Assembly (NCBI GenBank): GCA_963700145.1
Contig: OY969474.1
Location: forward strand, 2,080,001 to 2,144,000
From: an uncultured Acidobacteriota bacterium
Lineage (GTDB): Bacteria; Acidobacteriota; Thermoanaerobaculia; Multivoradales; UBA5704
DNA: 64,000 nt
Direction of reading: 5' to 3'
Below, in pieces: positions 27,679-36,514 of the stretch. The notes beneath the pieces were generated by a model. It worked only from the letters and a program-made list of their open reading frames with translations. It made no database searches and was not told the DNA's origin. Made by a program: the position numbers and the translations under genes. The first letter of the stretch is position 1, and each line of letters opens with the position of its first letter.

Positions 27679-30180
27679 CTACTCGATGCGGGCGCGGAGC
27701 GCCGCCAAGTGGGCGGCGTACTTCTCCGAGTCGGGATGGCCGATCGATCGCTCGTAGTCGACCAGGACCTGCATGAGGTCGGCGGCACGGGCTAGGTCGC
27801 CTTCCTGCTCGTAGATCAGGCCGGAGTACCAGCAGGTGTTGGCCTCGCCGACCCGGTCGCCGATTTCGCGCGCGATGGCGCGCGCCTGTTCGTAGTGCTC
27901 GATCGCGCGTCGCGGCTCCCCGAGATCCGCGTAGGCGAGGCCCAGGTTGCCTAGGGCCGTGCCCTCCCCGTGCCGGTCGCCGATCCCGCGATCGATCACG
28001 AGCGCCTGCTCGTAGTGCTCGATCGCGCGCCGCGGCTCCCCGAGATCCGCGTAGGCGAGGCCCAGGTTGCCCAGGGTGGCGCCCTCCCCGTGCCGGTCGC
28101 CAATCTCGCGATCGATCACGAGCGCCTGCTCGTAGTGCTCGATCGCGCGCCGCGGCTCCTCGAGATTCGCGTAGGCGAGGCCCAGGTTACCCAGGGCGTT
28201 GCCCTCCCCACGCCGGTCGCCGATCTCGCGGACGATGGCGAGCTGACGCTCGTAGAGTTCGATCGCACGCCGCGGCTCCCCGAGATCCTTGTAGGCGATG
28301 CCCAGGTTGCCCAGGGCGCTGCCCTCCCCACGCCGGTAGCCGATCTCGCGCATGATAACGAGGTCTTGCTCGAAGTGGTCGATCGCGCACCGCGGCTCCC
28401 CGAGATCCACGTAGGCGAGGCCCAGGTTGCCGAGATGATTGCCCTCCGCCTTGCGGTCCTGCCCGCTGCGGGCGGCCGCGAGGGCGGAGTCCAGCCAAGC
28501 GATCTGTTCGCGCGGATGGAGGCGGAGGGAGAGGCAGTAGACCCCGGCATCGGGGTAGTCGCTGCATAGGCCCCCCGCCTGGGTGTCCTCGGCGGCGCGC
28601 GCGGCGGCCCAGGACTGCCCGGCCTTGACGTTCCCCCACTCGGCATCGAAGAGGGCCAGGCCGGCGAGCAAGGAGGCGCCCCCCTTGAGGTAAAGGTCGC
28701 TCGTGTCGCTCAGCACGCGCTCATAGTGAACGGAGTGTCGGCGTCGGGCTGACTCGCGCTCGGTGCCGCTCAGGTGGGAATCAGCGAAGACGCGGGCGAG
28801 GTCGTGGAGGCGGTAGCGCTCGCCCTCGTACTCGACGAGGCTCGCACCGATCAGCTCGCCCAGCGCGTCACGAGCCGAATCGACTTCCACCTCCCACACC
28901 GCCGCGGCGCCGGCGGCGTCGAAGCTGCCGGGGAAAACGGCGAGCCGACGCCAGCGTTTGCGCTGCTTTTTGTTGAGGAGGTCGTAGCTGGTGGCGAGGG
29001 AAGCCTCGATTAAACCGAGGCGCTCACCCTTGGTCTCCGTAAGCCGGTTGGCGTAATCGCCCGGGGAGAGCCACGCCTTCTCTGCAAGCGCGCTGCCGGC
29101 GAGACGGAGGGCGAGCGGGAGGCGGCCGCAGAGGGCCGCGACCTGCTCCGCCGCCTCGCCGATCCGCGGAGCGACGCTTCGCAGGAGGGCTTCAGCGTCG
29201 TCTTGGGGCAGCTCGTCGAGATCCTTGGTGACGATCCCCGGCAGGGCGAAGTGGAACCGCGACGTGACGAGCAGAGTGCAACCGGCAGGCGGGATCAGCG
29301 GCTCGACCTGCTGGCGGTTTGCGGCGTTGTCCATCAGCAGGAGGACGCGCTGGCCATGGAGCACCGAGAAGTAGAGCCCCGCCAGCGCTTCTTCCCCTTC
29401 AGGGAGCTGAGCAGTGGGATGGTAGGCGCGGATGACGTGCGCCATTGCCTGCGCGGTCGTGAGCGGCTGCTGGCTCACACCCTTCAAGTCGAGATAAAGC
29501 TGCGCGTCCGGATACAGCGGCTCGAGTTCCTCGGCGAGCCTGAGCGCGAGCGCCGTCTTGCCGATACCGCCCGCGCCGCGAAGGCCGGAGATGGTCGCGC
29601 CGCCCGCGCGCAGCGCCTCCCGTAGATCCGCCAACTCCTGCTCGCGGCCTGTGAAGTCGCCGGGCGGCGGTGGAATCTGGTGTAGGGGCTGGGGTAGGGC
29701 AGACGGTGGAGAGATCGGCTGGCGGAGGGCCTTGCCCTCGATGAGCTCGAGCACCTCCTCGGCGATCTTCACCAACTCACTGTCGCGCTGGTCGCTCCTG
29801 AAGGTGGCGAGAGGCTTGCCACCCTTCGGTCGCACGTGCATTGCCGCGAGCCACGGCACTTGCTTCCAAGTGCAGGCTTTGACGATCACGGGAAGGATGT
29901 GGACGCCTTCTTTGGCGCGCCGCTCGAGGAGTCGTTCGACCTCGACGTCGAGGATGAAGTTGGAGGTCAGAAAATCCGCCGAGACCAAAAGCACGGCGAC
30001 CTGCGCGCCTTCCAGCGCCGAGCGGATCTCTTCGCGCCAGTCCGCTCCGCCGCCGATGCGGCGGTCGTCCCAGGTCTCCAGCCGGCCTTGCCGCTCGAGG
30101 ACGGCAAGGTGAGATCTCAGACGCTCCATCCAGACCTCGTCCTCGTGGCTGTAGCTCAGGAACACGCTCGGTCCAGGCAT
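27679..30180 (-). CDS. TIR - NB-ARC (STAND NTPase) - TPR NLR-like protein
   Basis: TIR (VFLSYSHED...WDD..I..G...SxFI...E); Walker A GAGGIGKT; Walker B LLLMDNA; CGRLPLAL; YRLHDL; about six 40-aa TPRs. Confidence 0.93.
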   Translation of the reverse strand: MPGPSVFLSYSHEDEVWMERLRSHLAVLERQGRLETWDDRRIGGGADWREEIRSALEGAQVAVLLVSADFLTSNFILDVEVERLLERRAKEGVHILPVIVKACTWKQVPWLAAMHVRPKGGKPLATFRSDQRDSELVKIAEEVLELIEGKALRQPISPPSALPQPLHQIPPPPGDFTGREQELADLREALRAGGATISGLRGAGGIGKTALALRLAEELEPLYPDAQLYLDLKGVSQQPLTTAQAMAHVIRAYHPTAQLPEGEEALAGLYFSVLHGQRVLLLMDNAANRQQVEPLIPPAGCTLLVTSRFHFALPGIVTKDLDELPQDDAEALLRSVAPRIGEAAEQVAALCGRLPLALRLAGSALAEKAWLSPGDYANRLTETKGERLGLIEASLATSYDLLNKKQRKRWRRLAVFPGSFDAAGAAAVWEVEVDSARDALGELIGASLVEYEGERYRLHDLARVFADSHLSGTERESARRRHSVHYERVLSDTSDLYLKGGASLLAGLALFDAEWGNVKAGQSWAAARAAEDTQAGGLCSDYPDAGVYCLSLRLHPREQIAWLDSALAAARSGQDRKAEGNHLGNLGLAYVDLGEPRCAIDHFEQDLVIMREIGYRRGEGSALGNLGIAYKDLGEPRRAIELYERQLAIVREIGDRRGEGNALGNLGLAYANLEEPRRAIEHYEQALVIDREIGDRHGEGATLGNLGLAYADLGEPRRAIEHYEQALVIDRGIGDRHGEGTALGNLGLAYADLGEPRRAIEHYEQARAIAREIGDRVGEANTCWYSGLIYEQEGDLARAADLMQVLVDYERSIGHPDSEKYAAHLAALRARIE

Positions 30181-30246
30181 GCCCTTCTATTGTAGTGACG
30201 GCTGGTCGAACGACAGCGCGGGGGACACCGCCCCTATACTCATCGA

Positions 30247-30492
30247 ATGAACTCTGAACGGACGCGGACGCAAGGCACCACGCCTGAATCGCTCGACATC
30301 CCGCCTGAGTGGCTGGCCGAGTTCGAGGCTGCCGCACGGCGGCCGCTGCGGACGCGGTTTCGTTACGCCTTCATCCACACCTACAAGCCGGTGCTCGACG
30401 ACGCGCCGTTTCGCGCGTTCGACACGACCGCCGACTACCGGCGCTGGTGCGAGGAGAACCTGCCCGACTGGCTGGGATATGGGCGCGTTTGA
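30247..30492 (+). CDS. Small hypothetical protein, probable partner of the downstream nucleotidyltransferase
   Basis: TATACT -10 box 6 nt before ATG; overlaps the next gene. Confidence 0.7.
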   Translation: MNSERTRTQGTTPESLDIPPEWLAEFEAAARRPLRTRFRYAFIHTYKPVLDDAPFRAFDTTADYRRWCEENLPDWLGYGRV

Positions 30493-30967
30493 GTACCGGC
30501 AGGCCGAGGAGATCCGCGACGCCTTCGCCCGTCACGGCGTGCGCTATCTCTTCATCGGCAGGTCGGGCGCCATCCTGCTCGGCTTCCCCGACACCACGCA
30601 GGACGCCGACCTCTTCGTCGAAAAGAGTCCCGAGAACGGCCGGGCCATCGTCGCCGCCCTGCGCGAGCTGGGCTTCGCGCTCGACGACGATCAGGCGGCC
30701 CAGATCGAGCGCGGCAAAGACTTCGTCCAGCTCAAGAACGGACCGTTCGACCTCGACCTGGTCTTCGCGCCCGACGGCATCGAGCGCTTCGCCGACGCAT
30801 GGCGGCGGCGCGTCGAGGTGGAAGGCTTTCCGGTCTGCCATCCCGACGACATCATCGCCAGCAAAGAAGCAAGCGGCCGCCCGCGGGACCTCGAGGCTCT
30901 GCCTCGGCTGAGGTCCTTCCGCGAGTACTGGCTGCAACGGCGCCGCGGCGAGCCGACCCCGGGCTGA
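30479..30967 (+). CDS. Pol-beta superfamily nucleotidyltransferase (AbiEii/DUF6036-like)
   Basis: IGRSGAILLG..TTQDADLF, LDLVF, IIASK..SGRPRD. Confidence 0.8.
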   Translation: MGAFEYRQAEEIRDAFARHGVRYLFIGRSGAILLGFPDTTQDADLFVEKSPENGRAIVAALRELGFALDDDQAAQIERGKDFVQLKNGPFDLDLVFAPDGIERFADAWRRRVEVEGFPVCHPDDIIASKEASGRPRDLEALPRLRSFREYWLQRRRGEPTPG

Positions 30968-30970
30968 CGG

Positions 30971-31486
30971 TCAGGAGCTGGCCGGCGCCTCCCTCTCCTT
31001 CGTGTACAGCGCCTCCCAGTGCGGCCTGCCGGGGCGGGATTGGTGGATCTTGCCGAGGCGGAGCATGCGGCGGAGGACGATGGAGACTTGGTCGACGCGG
31101 ACCGGGCGGCGGAGGCGCTCAGCGAAGCGGTGGTTGACTTCGCGGGCGAGGCCGACGGGGCCGAAGTGTTCGGTGGCTTCTTTCTCTTGGATGATCAGGG
31201 CGACCATGCGGCCGAGTTTGGGGCGGGAGGCGGAGCCGAGGTCGGCCTCCTTCACCGCCGGCGCGGCGGCGGGGGCCTGGCGGGCGGCGAGCTCGATGGC
31301 TTCGGCGGCGGCGGCGCGGAAGGCCTCCAGCCGGCGGTCGATCTCGGCCAGCTCGGCGGCGTAGCCGCTGCGCTGCTCGCGGTGGCGGGCCTCGTGGCCG
31401 GCGTGGAAGGCCTCGCGCTCGCGGAGGACCGCCGCCTGCTTCTCGAGGCTCGCCAGCACCGCGCTCACCGACCAAGTCGTGTCCAT
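30971..31486 (-). CDS. Coiled-coil plus putative winged-helix DNA-binding protein
   Basis: Heptad-rich N-terminus; C-terminal FGPVGLAREVN...VSIVLRRMLRLGKIH; GAGGAG Shine-Dalgarno. Confidence 0.75.
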   Translation of the reverse strand: MDTTWSVSAVLASLEKQAAVLREREAFHAGHEARHREQRSGYAAELAEIDRRLEAFRAAAAEAIELAARQAPAAAPAVKEADLGSASRPKLGRMVALIIQEKEATEHFGPVGLAREVNHRFAERLRRPVRVDQVSIVLRRMLRLGKIHQSRPGRPHWEALYTKEREAPASS

Positions 31487-31497
31487 GGCTCCTCCTC

Positions 31498-31890
31498 TGC
31501 CGCGAATTCTTGTCCACCGGCGGCTCAGGCGTGCTTTGCAGCCGCGAAATCGGTCATTTCAAGAATCCGAGGATGATTTTCGAGCCGCGACGCCGATCAG
31601 GCATGCCGCGGAGGAAGGATCATTTGCGGCTGCGGAAGCTTCCCCTCGTCGACTGGTTGGTTCACTCGCGTCGGAGGCTAACACATTAGCGGCTTCTGAT
31701 CGAGCCACCGCAGTCGCGGTGAGCTAGTTCACGGCTTCGGCGTTCTCGCCGGCGCCTGCGGCGAGAGAGCCGCGCACCGCCTCGGGCGCCTGCGCCGCGA
31801 ATTGTCGAGCCGCGAGTCTCGCGGAGAGTTCATCCCGCGGCAGATCCTTCTTATTCCGCGGTCCCGGCGAGAGGATTCGCGGCGTCTGGG
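31498..31890. repeat. Degenerate ~21-bp periodic array
   Basis: CGCGGCTGCGG-like cores at 31625, 31667, 31688, 31709, 31730, 31751 and 31836, 31857, 31878. Confidence 0.5.
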
Positions 31891-32306
31891 CTCTCCGCGC
31901 CCCAGGGGTGCGGCTTCCGGAGGAGGGCGAGAAGCTCTGGAGTGGTCAAGGTACGCACGGGGGAGGACGCCGGTGCGACCCTCCAGGCCTCGCCGTCCGC
32001 GGCGAGCGCCGGGGCGTCCACCTCACCGCGCACCAAAACCACCCGGCAGCCGAGGAAATGCTCCCGCAGCAGGTCGCGGAGGACCGGCGGGCCCGCGATC
32101 GGCTTGACGGCGACCGCCCGCCCCTCCCCCACCGCCACGGCGCGCAGGCAGCCGAGGGCGGCGGCGGCTTCGAGCGTCGCGGGAGCCGGGCCGGCGGACG
32201 CCAGCTCCAGCCACCCCACCCGGATTCCTTCGGCCCGGCAGGCCGCGACCAGCGCCGCGAAGCGCTCCGGCCCCTCCTCCACCCGCAGCAGGTGCGGCGT
32301 CTTCAC
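31851..32306 (-). CDS. Hypothetical protein, possibly degenerate MobB-like
   Basis: GTGA overlap with the DUF1343 gene; G.RVG and LL..HF.G..VVLVRG pattern; no Walker A. Confidence 0.5.
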   Translation of the reverse strand: MKTPHLLRVEEGPERFAALVAACRAEGIRVGWLELASAGPAPATLEAAAALGCLRAVAVGEGRAVAVKPIAGPPVLRDLLREHFLGCRVVLVRGEVDAPALAADGEAWRVAPASSPVRTLTTPELLALLRKPHPWGAESPDAANPLAGTAE

Positions 32307-33520
32307 GCGCCGTCGTCCTCGGGGTAAAGCAGGATCTCCCGCCGCTCCTCGCGGAACGCCGCCTCGTCGGCGGGCCAGGTCGCGACCCAGTCGTCGAGGA
32401 TGCGGGCGTCGCCATCGAGACCGCGGCGCAGGGCGTCGCTGCCGGCGAGGAGATCGATCGCCGGCTGGTCGCCGACGAACTCGTAGGGCGCCGCCCGCCA
32501 GGCGAAGGCCTGCGGCGCCGCGTCGCGAAAGGCGGCCAGGAGCTCGACGCCCAGCCGGTAGGCCGCGAGCGCCGCGCGGTCGGTCGCGACCAGCTCGACG
32601 CCGCCGCAGTTCTCCCCCTTGTGCTTCTGGAACTGCGGCCGGAAGTAGGTCGGGATCGCGGCGACGCCGCGCACGCCGGCCGCCGCCAGCCGTTCCTCCA
32701 GCTGCACCGCGACCCGCGGCGGCTCGACCTCCGGCGCGCCGACGAGCAGGAACGGCCGCGTCGTGCCGCGCCCTTCCGACAGCGCGGTGCCTTCGACCAG
32801 GCAGAGCCCGGGGTAGACGGCCGCCGTCGCCGGCGTCGGCACGTTGGGCGACGGCGCGATCCATGGCAGGCCGGTCTCCTCCCAGAGCATCGACCGCCGC
32901 CACCCCTCCATCGGCCAGACCTCGAGGCCGGCGCCCCAACCGCGCCGCCGCGCCTCCAGCCGCACCAGCTCGGCCGCCGTCAGGCCGTGGCGCACCGGCA
33001 GGCGGAAGGCGCCGACGAAGGACTCGAACTCGTCCTCGCGCAGGTTGCCTTCGACGACCGCGCCGCCCAGCGGGTTCGGGCGGTCGAGCACCCAGACCGC
33101 GCAGCCGGCGGCGAGCGCCGCCTCGGCCGCCCAGACGGCGGTGGCGGCATAGGTGTAATACCGCGCGCCGACGTCCTGGACGTCGACGACCAGGAGGTCG
33201 AGGCCGGCGAAGGCGGACGGATCGGGCCGCAGGCTCGTCTCGGCGTCGCCGTAGAGCGAGTGCAGCGGCGCGCCGGTCCAGGGGTCGGCGCCGCCGGCCG
33301 CCGCCACCATGTCCTGCTCGACGCCGTAGAAGCCGTGCTCGGGGCCGAAGAGCGCGGCCGGCGGGCCGGCCGGCGACGCCGCGAGGGCGAGGTGGATGGG
33401 GCGGAGGTCGGCGGTGATCGAGGCGCCGTGGGCGAGGAGGCCGTAGCGCCGGCCGGCCAGGCGGCGCGGCTCGGCGAGCAGGCGGTCGAGGCCGGTGCGG
33501 ACGGCCGCCCGCGCGCTCAA
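32303..33520 (-). CDS. DUF1343 / NamZ exo-beta-N-acetylmuramidase
   Basis: LFGPEHG, DVQDVGARYYTY, LDRPNP, SEGRGTTRPF. Confidence 0.92.
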   Translation of the reverse strand: MSARAAVRTGLDRLLAEPRRLAGRRYGLLAHGASITADLRPIHLALAASPAGPPAALFGPEHGFYGVEQDMVAAAGGADPWTGAPLHSLYGDAETSLRPDPSAFAGLDLLVVDVQDVGARYYTYAATAVWAAEAALAAGCAVWVLDRPNPLGGAVVEGNLREDEFESFVGAFRLPVRHGLTAAELVRLEARRRGWGAGLEVWPMEGWRRSMLWEETGLPWIAPSPNVPTPATAAVYPGLCLVEGTALSEGRGTTRPFLLVGAPEVEPPRVAVQLEERLAAAGVRGVAAIPTYFRPQFQKHKGENCGGVELVATDRAALAAYRLGVELLAAFRDAAPQAFAWRAAPYEFVGDQPAIDLLAGSDALRRGLDGDARILDDWVATWPADEAAFREERREILLYPEDDGA

Positions 33521-33996
33521 GGAGATTGCCGCCGGAAGTCGCCGCTGCGGCCGCCGCTCTTCGCCTCCAGCCGCAGGTCGGTGACGACGGCGCCGCGCTC
33601 GACCGCCTTGACCATGTCGTAGAGCGCGAGGGCGGCGGTGGCGCAGGCGACGAGCGCCTCCATCTCGGCGCCGGTGCGGGCGGTCGTGACGACGCGGCTG
33701 CGGATCTCGACGCCGCCGGCCGCGGGCACCACCTCGACCTCCACCTGGTCGAGCGGCAGCGGGTGCGCCAGCGGGATCAGCTCGGCGGTCCGCTTCGCCC
33801 CCTGGATGCCGGCCAGGCGCGCCACCGCGAAGGCGTCCCCCTTGGGCAGGGCGGCGAGGCGGATCACGGTTTGCGCGGAGAGCAGGACGCGGCAGGAAGC
33901 GACCGCCTCGCGCCGGGTGACCGGCTTGTCCGAGACGTCCACCATGTGCGCTGCGCCCTCGCCGTCGAGGTGAGAGAAGGACTTGGGAAAGGTCAT
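33517..33996 (-). CDS. moaC: Cyclic pyranopterin monophosphate synthase MoaC
   Basis: SHLD..G.A.MVDVS.K, LIPLAHP, TG.EMEAL, YDMVKA, KSGGRSG. Confidence 0.96.
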   Translation of the reverse strand: MTFPKSFSHLDGEGAAHMVDVSDKPVTRREAVASCRVLLSAQTVIRLAALPKGDAFAVARLAGIQGAKRTAELIPLAHPLPLDQVEVEVVPAAGGVEIRSRVVTTARTGAEMEALVACATAALALYDMVKAVERGAVVTDLRLEAKSGGRSGDFRRQSP

Positions 33997-34063
33997 GCGT
34001 TCCGCGGCGCGATCGGAGCGCATGCTAGCATCCGCGCGCTCCCCGACTCCGTAGACGAGCAGC

Positions 34064-34735
34064 ATGCGAGCGGCCATCGTCGTGCCGACCCTGGACGAGG
34101 AGGAGGCGCTCGCGCGCCACCTGCCGGCGGCGCTCCTGGCGGCCGACGAGGTGGTGGTGTCCGACGGCGGCAGCCGCGACGGCACCGTCGAGCTGGCGCG
34201 GCGGCTCGGGGCGCGCGTCGTCGAAGGGCCGGCGTGCCGCGGCGGGCAGCTCAACCGCGGCGCCGCCGCCTGCTCGGCCGATCTCCTCCTCTTCCTCCAC
34301 GCCGACACGTCCCTGCCGCCCGGCGGGGTCGACTTGGCGCGCGCCGCCGTCGCGGCCGGCGCGGTCGGCGGCGGCTTCCGCGTCCGCTTCGACGTCGATC
34401 GCCCGGCGCAGCGGCTGGGCGCGCGCCTCATCAACCTGCGCACCCGGCTGACCCGCGTGCCGCTCGGCGACCAGGCGCAGTTCGCCACCGCCGAAGCCTT
34501 CCGCGCCCTCGGCGGCTACCGCGACTGGCCGATCCTCGAGGACCTCGACTTCGCGCGCCGCTTGAAGCGCCACGGGCGGGTGGCACTCGTCGAGCAGCCG
34601 GTCATCACCGCCGCCCGCCGCTTCGTCGAGCGCGGCGTGGTGGCGACCGTGGCCACCAACTGGCTGATCTGGGGGCTCTTCGTCGTCGGCGTCTCGCCCC
34701 ACCGGCTGGCCGGGCTCTACCGGCAGATCCGCTGA
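34064..34735 (+). CDS. GT2 glycosyltransferase (TIGR04283-like)
   Basis: VSDGGS.DGT, RGGQLNRGA, LFLHADT, GDQAQF, LED. Confidence 0.9.
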   Translation: MRAAIVVPTLDEEEALARHLPAALLAADEVVVSDGGSRDGTVELARRLGARVVEGPACRGGQLNRGAAACSADLLLFLHADTSLPPGGVDLARAAVAAGAVGGGFRVRFDVDRPAQRLGARLINLRTRLTRVPLGDQAQFATAEAFRALGGYRDWPILEDLDFARRLKRHGRVALVEQPVITAARRFVERGVVATVATNWLIWGLFVVGVSPHRLAGLYRQIR

Positions 34736-34751
34736 GCGGGGTACTTGCGCG

Positions 34752-35054
34752 TTACTTGCGTTTGGCGGCGCGCTTGACGGCGTTGACCGCGTCGCGCAGC
34801 TCTTTGCCGACCTTGAAGCGGACGCTCTTGCTGGCCTTGATGTCGATCGCCGCGCCGGTCGAGGGGTTGCGCCCCTTGCGCGCCGAGCGCTGCGCGACGC
34901 TGAACGAGCCGAAGCCGGGAAGCTTCACCGTCTCTCCGCGGCGCAGGGCCTCGCTGAAGGAGTCCACCACCGCGTCGTAGGCGTCGGAGGCCTGCTTGCG
35001 CGAGAGCCCTGCGCTGTCCGCAATTTTCGCAACGATGTCTGCCTTCCCAGCCAT
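34752..35054 (-). CDS. hup: HU family DNA-binding protein
   Basis: GFGSF, RKGRNPSTG, VRFKVGKEL. Confidence 0.96.
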   Translation of the reverse strand: MAGKADIVAKIADSAGLSRKQASDAYDAVVDSFSEALRRGETVKLPGFGSFSVAQRSARKGRNPSTGAAIDIKASKSVRFKVGKELRDAVNAVKRAAKRK

Positions 35055-35106
35055 CTTTTTCTCCTCCGAGCTCAGGGGTAAAAGTTTTCAGAAGGGTGCG
35101 GCGCCC

Positions 35107-35135
35107 AAGATAAGGCTTGGTCCTGGGGCTGTCAA
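35107..35135 (-). promoter_or_regulatory. Sigma70 promoter of the HU gene
   Basis: TTGACA-17 nt-TATCTT. Confidence 0.65.
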
Positions 35136-36514
35136 TGGCGAGGCGAATCGCCGCGGCGCAGGACGTGGACGGTGAAGCCGTCGTGGTCGCCGCCGGTCAG
35201 GACGCGCCAGAGGCCGGGTGCCTCGACGCCGCGGTCGAGCGGCGGCGGCAGCGCGGCGGCGAGCGGCGCCGGCGCGAAGTCGGAGCGCGCGGCGAGGAAG
35301 CGGCCGACGACGTCCTCGTTCTCCTCCGCCTCCAGCGAGCAGGTGATGGCGACGAGGAGGCCGCCCGGCGCCACCAGCGGCGCGACGCCGTCGAGGAGGC
35401 GCAGCGCCTGCGCGCTGAGGCGCCCGATCTCGCCTTCGCTGATCCGCCACTTGAGCTCGGGGTGGCGGCGCAGCGTGCCGGTGCCGCTGCACGGCAGGTC
35501 GAGGACGACGCGGTCGAACGGGCCGGCGGCGGCCGGCGCCGCGGCGTCGGCGACGTGCAGCGGCAGCGGCCGGCCGAGGCGGCGGAGGTTGGCGCGCACG
35601 ATCGCGGCGCGCGCCGGGGCGACGTCGCCGAGGAGGAGCCGGACGCGCGGCTCCCAGGCCAGCAGCGCGAAAGCCTTGCCGCCCGGCGCCGCGGCGGCGT
35701 CGAGCACCCGCTCGCCGGGCTTCGGCGGCGGCAGCAGCGCCGCCGCCTGGCTCGCCGCGTCCTGGACGTAGAAGTCGCCGCGGCGGAAGGCGGCGGTCGC
35801 GAGCGGGTTGCCGCGCCGCACGGTGAGCCCGAGCGGCGAGAGCGCCGCCGGTTCCACCTCCAGCCCCTCGTCGATCAGCGCCTCGGCCAGCAGCTCGCGC
35901 CCGCCGCGGTCGCGGAAGGCGAGGAGCTGGAGCGGCTTCTGGCGGTTGTTGGCGTTGAGCAGGTCGAGCGTCCGCGCGGTCCCGAAGCGGGCGAGCCAGC
36001 GGGCGACGAGGAAGTCGGGGTGCGAGAGCTCGATCCCCAGCCGCCGCACCCGGTCGCTCTCGCGCACCGGCCAGGCGTCGAGGCGCGGCGCCCGCGCGAT
36101 GCGCCGCAGCACGCCGTTGACGAAGCTGGCGCCGCCGCGGTGGGTGACCTGGTGCGCCTGCTCGACCGCCTCGGAGACCGCGGCGTGCGCCGGCACGCGG
36201 TCGAGGAGGAGGAGCTGGTAGGTGGCGATGCGCAGCGGCGCGTGGAGCGCCGGCTCGATGTCCTCGAAGCGGCGGCTGCTGGCGGCGGAGATGACGTGGT
36301 CGAGCCGCCGCAGCCAGCGCAGGCTGCCGAGCACCAGCTCGCGCAGCAGCGCCTGGTCGCGCTCGTCGAAGCGCGCCAGGGCGCTGTCGAGGAAGGCGTC
36401 GGCGGGGGCGTGCGACAGCAGCGTCCGCTCGAGCACCCAGCCGGCCGCCACCCGCACGTCGTTCTGCGGCGTGCGGCGCGGGGTCGTGCGCCGGGGACGC
36501 GCCGGGGCGCGCAT
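35132..36514 (-). CDS. rsmB: 16S rRNA m5C967 methyltransferase RsmB/Sun
   Basis: NusB-like N-terminus, QDAASQ, AAPGGK, PCSGTG, TCS. Confidence 0.93.
   Translation of the reverse strand: MRAPARPRRTTPRRTPQNDVRVAAGWVLERTLLSHAPADAFLDSALARFDERDQALLRELVLGSLRWLRRLDHVISAASSRRFEDIEPALHAPLRIATYQLLLLDRVPAHAAVSEAVEQAHQVTHRGGASFVNGVLRRIARAPRLDAWPVRESDRVRRLGIELSHPDFLVARWLARFGTARTLDLLNANNRQKPLQLLAFRDRGGRELLAEALIDEGLEVEPAALSPLGLTVRRGNPLATAAFRRGDFYVQDAASQAAALLPPPKPGERVLDAAAAPGGKAFALLAWEPRVRLLLGDVAPARAAIVRANLRRLGRPLPLHVADAAAPAAAGPFDRVVLDLPCSGTGTLRRHPELKWRISEGEIGRLSAQALRLLDGVAPLVAPGGLLVAITCSLEAEENEDVVGRFLAARSDFAPAPLAAALPPPLDRGVEAPGLWRVLTGGDHDGFTVHVLRRGDSPRH

Noticed and set aside
27850-28440. DGR template/variable repeat pair in the TPR region
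   Set aside because: These are in-frame tandem TPR units, differences are not adenine-specific, and no reverse transcriptase is present.
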